A DNA stretch of 64,000 bases from a virus. The notes beneath the pieces are model-generated. The model was not told the origin of the DNA and did not search any database. It saw nothing but the letters and a program-made list of their open reading frames with translations. Position numbers and translations under genes: made by a program. Location: IMG/VR virus record IMGVR_UViG_3300032285_003860; one strand, written 5' to 3'. This document shows positions 56,687 to 64,000 of this stretch, piece after piece (position 1 is the stretch's first letter; each line of letters opens with the position of its first letter).

Positions 56687-56893
56687 ATGAGAGAACAAAG
56701 ACATTCTGGACAAGTTTGGGCAATGAAGATGGGTATCCCCATTGTTGACCCAAAAGGCTGGGAATCATACGATGATTACAATCATGTTTTAATTACAAAA
56801 GAAGAATTCATTAATCGTGCCACCAGCAGCAAACTACTTGCGCCCAAAAAGGCTACCCGCAGAAATGCAAGCAAAATGTTTAAAAAGATTTAA
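56687..56893 (+). CDS. Hypothetical protein
   Basis: IVDPKGW...IT.EEF..R; preceded by TTGACA-N17-TATTAT at 56650. Confidence 0.55.
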   Translation: MREQRHSGQVWAMKMGIPIVDPKGWESYDDYNHVLITKEEFINRATSSKLLAPKKATRRNASKMFKKI

Positions 56894-56956
56894 ATAATTT
56901 ACGAAAAATACTAAATGGTTTAGTATTTCTTGTATATCGGAAAAAAAATAAAAAAT

Positions 56957-57439
56957 ATGAAGAAACTATTCACACTAACTATCGGAGCTATTCTTGCTTT
57001 GACATTGACTGCGTCGGCAGTTGATTTCTCTTCGCAAGCATTATATAACCACAACTTCAAGAGCAGCGAAAATGTTGTTGGCGCAGAAATTTCTGCTTCA
57101 ACAAATCTTTTTTCTGATGTAGTCGGTCAGACATCTCTTGGCATTAGTCAAGCCTATGGTTTGACAACTGATGGCGCAGACAGCACAGGCATCACAAGTC
57201 TTGCTTTCCGTCAGAATGTTGACAAGTTGGAGTTCGGTGGCTTCGCGCCGTTTGTTGCTGGAGAAACATCTCTTAGCTATGGCGAAAACCAAAAGGAAAA
57301 CTGGTCGCTCTCCCCCGTTGTCGGAGAATCCTTCTCCTACAAGGGAGTAAATTTGTTCGCTTCTGTCGCTTATGACTTTAGCCTTCAAAACAGAGGCGAT
57401 GGTTTGACTGCTCGCGCTGGTCTAAATTGGAAGTTCTAA
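56957..57439 (+). CDS. Outer-membrane beta-barrel protein
   Basis: Sec signal peptide (..TASA/VD), alternating amphipathic strands, C-terminal beta-signal ARAGLNWKF. Confidence 0.7.
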   Translation: MKKLFTLTIGAILALTLTASAVDFSSQALYNHNFKSSENVVGAEISASTNLFSDVVGQTSLGISQAYGLTTDGADSTGITSLAFRQNVDKLEFGGFAPFVAGETSLSYGENQKENWSLSPVVGESFSYKGVNLFASVAYDFSLQNRGDGLTARAGLNWKF

Positions 57440-57460
57440 AAAAACTAAAACAAAACACAA

Positions 57461-57490
57461 ACCCGCTAGTGAATAACTGGCGGGTTTTTT
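57461..57490 (+). terminator. Intrinsic terminator
   Basis: ACCCGCTAGT-GAATA-ACTGGCGGGT-TTTTT. Confidence 0.8.
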
Positions 57491-57525
57491 GTTGACATTT
57501 AAATAAATAAAATATAATATTTGAT

Positions 57526-58104
57526 ATGGTCATTCAAAAACAACAAGACATTAAAGAAACATTTGGCTATTTTATTTCTTTAATTAAAAATAAACAATTA
57601 TTAAAAACTTGCCAAGAGCTATATAATTATCCAGATTTTTGGACTCATGCGGCTTCTCTTGAGCATCACCATAATTTTAAAGGTGGATTAATAATTCATA
57701 CATTAGAAGTTGCTGATAATGCAAATTATTTGAGTCAAAGATTTCAAAACTGCAATAAAGATATTTTAATCTCTGCGGCTCTGTGGCATGACTTGGCAAA
57801 GATTTGGGAATATGAATGGAAAGAAAATAAAGGTCTTTCTTCTTATTATATGCCAAAATTTCATAAAACAGATTATGTCAAAAAAATCCATCATATTTCT
57901 GGCTCAAATGCGGAATTTACCGCAATGGCAATCAAAAACGAAGTGGATAGAAAATATATAACAATGGTGCAGCATTGCATTATCTCGCATCATGGAATAA
58001 AAGATTGGGGTTCTCCAGTCCTTCCAGAGTCTTTGGAGGCAATCATTTTACATCAATCCGATATGTTGAGCGCGATGTATCCGAAATATAACCAACAATT
58101 TTAA
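57526..58104 (+). CDS. HD-domain hydrolase (YhaM-like)
   Basis: AAS..HHHNF.GGL..HTLEV, ALWHDLAK..EY, HCI.SHHG..WGSP..P...EA.ILH.SD. Confidence 0.85.
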   Translation: MVIQKQQDIKETFGYFISLIKNKQLLKTCQELYNYPDFWTHAASLEHHHNFKGGLIIHTLEVADNANYLSQRFQNCNKDILISAALWHDLAKIWEYEWKENKGLSSYYMPKFHKTDYVKKIHHISGSNAEFTAMAIKNEVDRKYITMVQHCIISHHGIKDWGSPVLPESLEAIILHQSDMLSAMYPKYNQQF

Positions 58105-58105
58105 T

Positions 58106-58294
58106 ATGAAAAAAGAATTAGAAGAAACAGTTATTCGTCTTCGTAAATTTAATCAATGGCGCAGGGGCGCAGAATTAACTGAATTTAATACATTAGATTA
58201 CTCTCCAAGACAAATAGGGCTTGACCTCGACTATGTTTTAGATTATTGTGAAGGGAGATATGAAAACAGAATTACAAAACAAATTAATAAATAA
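58106..58294 (+). CDS. Hypothetical protein
   Basis: L..FN.WRRG...P..IG..LD motif. Confidence 0.55.
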   Translation: MKKELEETVIRLRKFNQWRRGAELTEFNTLDYSPRQIGLDLDYVLDYCEGRYENRITKQINK

Positions 58295-58814
58295 ATATCC
58301 AGAGCTATTTAATCTGGAAGAAAAGTCTCCGTTACGCCATAGAGGTATTGGATGCGGAGATGGCTGGTATAATCTATTAGACAAAACATTATATTTAATT
58401 GATTATCATGCCAAAAATCCAGAATGGCATCAGGAACGCTTTTATCAAGTCAAAATTTGGTATAATAAAATATTTTGGAATAATTTGTTTTTTCGCATTG
58501 CAAAGTTATTTCCCGAAAAAACCTATCGAATACTCTTTAAATATTTGAGCGCAGACCCTAGATACATTAATCCAAAAATTTCTTTAAAAGTAAAAGTAAT
58601 GCAGATTAAAGAAAAATTTGCAGGATTGCGTTTGCGTGTAGATGGGAGAGATGCTTACATAGATGGCATAATTTGTTTGGCAGAATCATTGTCTTATGGC
58701 CTTTGTGAACAATGCGGCACAAACGAAGGAGTATCGCAAAATAAAGAAGGATGGAACAAAACCCTTTGTAAAAAATGCAGAAAAATAATTGACAAAAAAA
58801 TAAATAAACACTAA
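58260..58814 (+). CDS. Conserved phage protein
   Basis: CGDGW..LL, QIKEKFAGLR, S...CEQCG...W..TLC..C. Confidence 0.65.
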   Translation: MKTELQNKLINKYPELFNLEEKSPLRHRGIGCGDGWYNLLDKTLYLIDYHAKNPEWHQERFYQVKIWYNKIFWNNLFFRIAKLFPEKTYRILFKYLSADPRYINPKISLKVKVMQIKEKFAGLRLRVDGRDAYIDGIICLAESLSYGLCEQCGTNEGVSQNKEGWNKTLCKKCRKIIDKKINKH

Positions 58815-58823
58815 TATTAAAAT

Positions 58824-59024
58824 ATGTTAAAACATAATCATAAATTCATCTACGAAGTTCAAGAATCAGACATTGAAGATGTTCCTCGTCAAACAGTTGT
58901 CGTTGGCATTGATGGAGATGTCACTCTGCACCACATGATTGAGGCATTTGAGAAATATCTTGTTGCCGCAGGATTTGTCCCTCCAGAAAATTCTTATCTT
59001 GACTTTGTATCAAAGCACGAATGA
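58824..59024 (+). CDS. Hypothetical protein
   Basis: TL..M.EAFE.YL.AAGF motif. Confidence 0.55.
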   Translation: MLKHNHKFIYEVQESDIEDVPRQTVVVGIDGDVTLHHMIEAFEKYLVAAGFVPPENSYLDFVSKHE

Positions 59025-59158
59025 AACATAAGCCCCTGAGTAGAGAGTTTCTCCTGAAAAGGGGTTTTTGTTGCCACAATGGGTGCAAAAATTGCCCATA
59101 TAAAAAAACCAAGCCAAATGAACTTAAACAGCCAAAACAAAAGAATACTGGTCTTTAG
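59021..59158 (+). CDS. Small Cys-rich protein (DUF5522-like)
   Basis: FLLKRGFCCHNGCKNCPY; ATGA overlap with the previous gene. Confidence 0.7.
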   Translation: MKHKPLSREFLLKRGFCCHNGCKNCPYKKTKPNELKQPKQKNTGL

Positions 59159-59885
59159 TGACCCGCATCAAAATATTGCGTATGTCGAACATCTTCTTGA
59201 GAAAGAGAAGCATGATACTGCCGTCTGTCTTGGAGACTGGTTTGACAGTTTCAATCTAAATTCAGAGAGGGATTTGGAACTGACCTGCAACTTTTTAAAG
59301 AAATGGCTTTTTAAAGATAACTTCTATACTTGCATTGGCAACCACGATATACAGTATCTTTTTGATAACAACTCCACTATATGTAGTGGCTATAGCAGAG
59401 ATAAAGACTTGTTTATAACTGATTACTTGGGTAGTTTTTTACCTCCCATCAGGGATAAATTCTTATGGTATTTGTGGATTGACGACTTCCTTTGTTCTCA
59501 TGCAGGAATTAACAGTCGTTCGTTTCCTTTTAATCAAGAAATAAATAAATCAACAATAACAACTTGGCTTGAAGGGCAATTAAATCAAGCAATCCCGCAA
59601 TTAATTAATGGAGGTCACCATTGGCTCTATGGTGCAGGCGAAGGCAGGGGCGGCAGACAAAAGATTGGCGGTATTACTTGGCAGGACTTTGATACAGAGT
59701 TTGAGCCGATTGATGGTTTAAAGCAACTGGTTGGACACAGCAGCCATAAAAGGATTTTAAATCACTATACTGATGGCAATTTAGATTTGACAAGTTGTGA
59801 AAACCTTGATATAGATTGTCACCTAAATGAATACTTAATAATCTCTAACGGAAAATTAGAAATAAAAAAACTAAAAGATTTATGA
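59118..59885 (+). CDS. Calcineurin-like metallophosphoesterase
   Basis: SDPH, LGDWFD, GNHD, SHAG, QLVGHS. Confidence 0.85.
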   Translation: MNLNSQNKRILVFSDPHQNIAYVEHLLEKEKHDTAVCLGDWFDSFNLNSERDLELTCNFLKKWLFKDNFYTCIGNHDIQYLFDNNSTICSGYSRDKDLFITDYLGSFLPPIRDKFLWYLWIDDFLCSHAGINSRSFPFNQEINKSTITTWLEGQLNQAIPQLINGGHHWLYGAGEGRGGRQKIGGITWQDFDTEFEPIDGLKQLVGHSSHKRILNHYTDGNLDLTSCENLDIDCHLNEYLIISNGKLEIKKLKDL

Positions 59886-60103
59886 CAAAAAAAGAAATAT
59901 TAAAAGAAATAAATAATTCTGTGGCTCATATTCAAAGTGTTCAAAAAATGGCTATTGAACCACACGAAGAAAAAGTCGTTGAATTGCTTATGGAGCTTTA
60001 TCCAAAAGCTACCAAAACTAATGCCCAAGATTGGATGTTGGATGTTGTATATAATAACCCCAAAGGTGCTTTAAAAACAATGGACAAAGTCTATGGCGGA
60101 TAA
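59882..60103 (+). CDS. Hypothetical protein
   Basis: 73-aa ORF in operon. Confidence 0.5.
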   Translation: MTKKEILKEINNSVAHIQSVQKMAIEPHEEKVVELLMELYPKATKTNAQDWMLDVVYNNPKGALKTMDKVYGG

Positions 60104-60266
60104 ACCACAACCAGCATCAGGCAAAGGCGATAAGCCCCGAAACTGTTTTTCTTCAAAATTTAAAAATAATTATGACGAGATTGATTGGGGTAAATCAAAA
60201 ACTCCAAAATTGAACACTAAAGAGCCAAATAAGAAGAATCCTTATGAAGCCCATCACCAAGTATAA
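60093..60266 (+). CDS. Small phage protein (57 aa)
   Basis: GKGDKPRN...F..NYDEIDW motif. Confidence 0.55.
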   Translation: MADKPQPASGKGDKPRNCFSSKFKNNYDEIDWGKSKTPKLNTKEPNKKNPYEAHHQV

Positions 60267-60301
60267 CTTGATAATTGCCCAAAAGTGTAATTATCTTCTA
60301 T

Positions 60302-61867
60302 ATGGGCTACAATAAAAATATTGAGTTAAAAAGCGAGGATTTTGATTTCGGTGGTAATCTTTTGCATCCAGTAGATTTAAGTGATGTCGGAGGCAGTTTA
60401 ACGATTGAGCATAGTGGAACCTATGATGGAATAATTTTTTTTTGGCTCCCAGTTTCTTTGCCTAGTGCTGTAAAAGTATCAGGAAATATTAGTATTAACG
60501 CTGGAGAAGTTTCTTGTGGTGATTTTATTTCTGGTGGAGGGCAAATTAACTCAATAAATAGTATCTATGCTTTAAATGATATAAAAGGAAGTTATGGTCT
60601 TAATTGCGGTGGAGAAATAGTTTCTTCAAGTGGAAATATCCTTTTTAGCGGTCAAGTTACTGCGGCAAGGGATATTAAGGCGGTAGGAGTCACCTCAAGC
60701 GGTAATATTAGTGCTAATTTTTTGACTGCTGGTGGAGATGTAATTAGTTTTTTTGCTAATGCAAATAAAATAGAAATTGGTGGAGATTTGAATGTTGCAG
60801 ATGGTTGGTTTGGTTCGGCTTATATAGGAAGAAATGCTTATGGAACATTAGATTCACTCGGTGACTTTACTGTTAGAGGTAATGTATTTCCTGGAATTCA
60901 ATCTGGATTCGGTGGCGGAGGAGGAATAGTGTCATCGTCAGGAAATTTAAATATCGGAAAAAACTGCTATACTGCTCCTTGGGCACCAAATGGAAACATA
61001 AATATTGGTGGAATATTAAATTTTTATTCTGGATATCAAGTAACAAATTCTGCTTATTGCAAAGGAATATTTTCTGCTTCAGGAATAGCGGGTAATAATG
61101 CAGACATTACTGCTGCCTCAATTATTATTGATGGCTATGCAAATTGCGGAGCATTACACGCTACTGGCGGAGCAATATATTGCATCGGAAATATTAATGG
61201 AAGCGGATTAGATAGTGACACTTCATCAATTTCAGCAGGGAACATCAACGCCTCTTATATTTCAGCAAAGAGCTTCATAGAAACTACGGGAAATCTTTAT
61301 AGTGAAAGAGATGTTATTTCTCGCAATTCTTGGATAAGAAGCAAGGGAAATATAACTTCTCATGTGGGCAAAGTGATTGCTTGTTTAGACATTACTGCGG
61401 CGGGGTATATCCTTGCAACAGGAGGAATTTACGCAGGAGTATGCGAAAAAACTGCCCCAGAACCAACGAAAATTATTTGCCAAAATATATCTGGATTAAA
61501 TATAGTTTATGGGACCCCCGTAGAAAAACCATTTTCAACATCTGTAAATTCTCCTTATTATGGACTTGTATTTGGATATGTAACGGCTTATGATGGTAAA
61601 AATAAAAAAGTCATCCCAATTAAAGAATTAACGAATTCTTCTTCATTGTTTGTCTTTTCTATAGATAAGTTGGCTGTTCCAAATACTCTTTTAATTGATT
61701 TTGTTAATTTGGAATATTTTGGTTCAAATAATTTTTTAGTGAAATCTTGCGAAACTCAATTTGGAACATTTAATACTGAAAAAACCGCCTCCCCAATGGG
61801 AGGAAATCATTATTTTGTTAATTTTCAATATACAGGAGCTAATTATTTTCAAATATATTTACCTTGA
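60302..61867 (+). CDS. Beta-helix/solenoid repeat protein, likely virion-associated
   Basis: Recurrent short G-N/D-I/V repeats; GTGTAA motif 11 nt upstream of ATG 60302. Confidence 0.55.
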   Translation: MGYNKNIELKSEDFDFGGNLLHPVDLSDVGGSLTIEHSGTYDGIIFFWLPVSLPSAVKVSGNISINAGEVSCGDFISGGGQINSINSIYALNDIKGSYGLNCGGEIVSSSGNILFSGQVTAARDIKAVGVTSSGNISANFLTAGGDVISFFANANKIEIGGDLNVADGWFGSAYIGRNAYGTLDSLGDFTVRGNVFPGIQSGFGGGGGIVSSSGNLNIGKNCYTAPWAPNGNINIGGILNFYSGYQVTNSAYCKGIFSASGIAGNNADITAASIIIDGYANCGALHATGGAIYCIGNINGSGLDSDTSSISAGNINASYISAKSFIETTGNLYSERDVISRNSWIRSKGNITSHVGKVIACLDITAAGYILATGGIYAGVCEKTAPEPTKIICQNISGLNIVYGTPVEKPFSTSVNSPYYGLVFGYVTAYDGKNKKVIPIKELTNSSSLFVFSIDKLAVPNTLLIDFVNLEYFGSNNFLVKSCETQFGTFNTEKTASPMGGNHYFVNFQYTGANYFQIYLP

Positions 61868-62060
61868 TTTTTCTTTAAAAGAGTGTTAGTATTTTTCATA
61901 ATCGTTTAGAAAGACAGTATAATAATCTGGACAAATATACAAATAACTTGTATATTCGTGAAAGGAAAAAAAATTGCGAGCAATGCAAAGAATTAATGAT
62001 TGAAAGTTATACTGTATGCCCTGCTTGCGGTTATGTTTTTTTAAAAAATTATAAAATACC

Positions 62061-62705
62061 ATGAATGTAAAACTTGTTTCTCTTACCAAGCCCCTTATTG
62101 AAGGACTAAACAATACAGAAGATATTGTTGCTTATTGTGCCAGAGTTAGCAATCCTGCCAATCAGATGAATACTGAAACTGCTCCGAAATTGTTGCGTTA
62201 TCTTATTAAGCACAATCATTGGAGTCCAATGGAGATGGTTAGTTGTTGTTTTGAGATTCAAACAAGCAGAGCAATTGCTGCACAAATACTTCGCCATCGC
62301 AGTTTTTCTTTTCAAGAGTTTAGCCAAAGATATTCTACTGCCACAAGTCTTGAGTCTATTGAAATAAGAAAACAGGGAAAGACCAATCGCCAAGTTGGTG
62401 ATGAGCCAGTTGAATTGGATGCCAATACAAAAATTCGCATTGAAGCAGCGCAGGAAATGTGCGTGGAATTATATAATGATTTAATTAAAGATGGAGTTGC
62501 AAAGGAATGTGCTAGAATGGTATTGCCGCTCAATACATCCACAACTCTTTACATGAATGGCACTCTCCGTAGCTGGATTCACTATCTTGAACTCCGCACC
62601 AAACAAGATACGCAAAAAGAACATCGTGATATTGCATTAGCTATTCAAGAAATCTTATTTAAAGAATTCCCCAATATTGCTGAAGCATTGAAAGAAACTG
62701 CGTAA
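62061..62705 (+). CDS. thyX: Flavin-dependent thymidylate synthase
   Basis: HWSPME, RHRSFSFQEFSQRY, KECARMVLP, TQKEHR. Confidence 0.95.
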   Translation: MNVKLVSLTKPLIEGLNNTEDIVAYCARVSNPANQMNTETAPKLLRYLIKHNHWSPMEMVSCCFEIQTSRAIAAQILRHRSFSFQEFSQRYSTATSLESIEIRKQGKTNRQVGDEPVELDANTKIRIEAAQEMCVELYNDLIKDGVAKECARMVLPLNTSTTLYMNGTLRSWIHYLELRTKQDTQKEHRDIALAIQEILFKEFPNIAEALKETA

Positions 62706-62911
62706 TGGACATCTTTTCTTGGTCAGCATTTGTTATAAATGTTTGGGCGGTCTATTTAAATATCCATAAAAATAAATGGTGTTGGATGTTGGGTTTTGCT
62801 TGTTCATCAATGTGGACAATATATGGCGTGATGACAAATCAACCTCCCCTATATCTAATGAATGGAATTTTCATTGTTATGAACCTCTATGGGGTTTTTA
62901 AATGGAAATAA
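62705..62911 (+). CDS. Short PnuC-like three-TM membrane protein
   Basis: K.KWCW..G......W..YG.....N.YGVFKW. Confidence 0.55.
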   Translation: MDIFSWSAFVINVWAVYLNIHKNKWCWMLGFACSSMWTIYGVMTNQPPLYLMNGIFIVMNLYGVFKWK

Positions 62912-62953
62912 TCTATTCTTGACACATCTCCAAATTTCATGTATCTTTAAAAC

Positions 62954-63499
62954 ATGGAATACAAAAAATTACAAGATTCGTTTAATAAGAATGGCTTCAC
63001 CTTTGAGCAGGTATGGCGCGAAGGAGACTTTGCAATCTATAAGCAAACCAAGGAAAATGTAAATAAACAATGGTATGAAGCCATTAAAATCACTCGCCAT
63101 AATGGATATAAGATTGGTGGCAATGTAATTGAGCCTAGCGAAATCTATCCATCTAATGAAAAGTGGGGAATTCTTGGTTTTACCTGTGTTGATTTGGTAT
63201 CTGCCCACAAAAAAATTGGCTATATGAAAGACCATCTTGACGAAATAATTAACAAAACCAAAGAAGTGGATGAAGGTGGCAAAGTCGTTGTTCGTGGTCA
63301 AAATAAATTGACTTATCCCCAAGATAAAGAATTCTCTATTAAGGATTTGGAATTTTTAAATAAAAATATTAAAAAACACAACATTTACCCTGCAATCCAA
63401 AAATTAATCGAAAAGGGCGAAATAAATGAATCCAAAAGGGAAAAGGTAGGCAAGGGCAAACCAACAGTATTCTATAAGTCGTCATCTTTGACGCTTTAA
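62954..63499 (+). CDS. Hypothetical protein with C-terminal winged-helix-like domain
   Basis: YPSNE.WG..GFT; C-term GKGKPTVFY; promoter TTGACA-N17-TATCTT at 62919. Confidence 0.55.
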   Translation: MEYKKLQDSFNKNGFTFEQVWREGDFAIYKQTKENVNKQWYEAIKITRHNGYKIGGNVIEPSEIYPSNEKWGILGFTCVDLVSAHKKIGYMKDHLDEIINKTKEVDEGGKVVVRGQNKLTYPQDKEFSIKDLEFLNKNIKKHNIYPAIQKLIEKGEINESKREKVGKGKPTVFYKSSSLTL

Positions 63500-63624
63500 G
63501 AGCCAAATAATAAGATAAAGCGTCATTTATGACGCATTAAACATGGACTATAAATTAAATAATAATGTAAAAAAATAATTAAAATACTTTTGACTTTTCC
63601 TAAAAAGTCTAGTATATTTTAAAC

Positions 63625-64000
63625 ATGAATTTATCCCTCTGCTGCATCTCCCTGCGTCTCCAAGAACAAGGTTATAAGTTTCAGACAATGACTTATACCC
63701 GATTTGCCTCCCTACCCCGCAAAGAAGCACTAGAAATTCTTTCCGCACGAATCCTCAATAATTTTGAGGTAACAGGAGAAATAATCCAATACTGTCATAA
63801 TTCTGGCATCAAAGGCTATCGCCTTTCTTCTGGGCTAACTCCCGTTATCAATCATCCAAGTGTAAATATAAGTCTATCAGACTTACCTAATTCTGATAAG
63901 ATTTTTAAGGAAATCACTAATGTCAAAAAAATTATCAAAGATACTGGAATCCGCATATCTGCTCATCCTAGTGAGTATATTTCTCTTACCAATACTAACA
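63625..64000 (+). CDS. uvsE: UV damage endonuclease (partial, runs off the window)
   Basis: Own translation MNLSLCCISL...YRLSS...GIRISAHPSEYISL; promoter TTGACT-N17-TATATT at 63590. Confidence 0.85.
   Translation, partial: MNLSLCCISLRLQEQGYKFQTMTYTRFASLPRKEALEILSARILNNFEVTGEIIQYCHNSGIKGYRLSSGLTPVINHPSVNISLSDLPNSDKIFKEITNVKKIIKDTGIRISAHPSEYISLTNTN

Noticed and set aside
221-63748. Many 60-130 aa ORFs antisense to or nested in long genes (e.g. 17455-17841, 28094-28438, 40610-40999)
   Set aside because: They shadow well-supported CDSs, have no motifs and often use non-ATG starts

Overview
AT-rich, gene-dense segment of a large (jumbo-type) dsDNA bacteriophage genome using the standard code. 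The host is probably a diderm with sigma70-type promoters; the evidence is lipoproteins, a beta-barrel OMP and TTGACA-N17-TAnnnT promoters. The left part is mostly minus strand. It holds a replication module (three-gene PHP + exonuclease + DnaE replicase, PD-(D/E)XK nuclease, primase, DnaB, RecA) next to two ~1600-aa plus-strand virion-like proteins, followed by a ~14 kb glycan cluster (Gmd, RfbH-type dehydratase, epimerases, ~8 glycosyltransferases, methyltransferases, radical SAM, SET domain). The strand switch at ~38 kb carries clustered palindromes and an ORF-free, promoter/terminator-bounded ~370-nt structured transcript candidate. The right part is mostly plus strand: class II RNR, tmRNA, ECF sigma, a membrane/lipoprotein/PAS cassette, a PlcP-like phospholipase plus glycosyltransferase pair, 8 tRNAs interleaved with small structured RNA candidates, flavodoxin-like protein, ferritin, HNH endonucleases, OMP, HD hydrolase, ThyX and a truncated UvsE. 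The most notable observations are co-varied A18/G55 tRNA elbows, the PlcP-GT lipid remodelling pair, unexplained ncRNA candidates and a phage-specific GTGTAA promoter motif. All calls come from manual motif recognition; no database searches were run.
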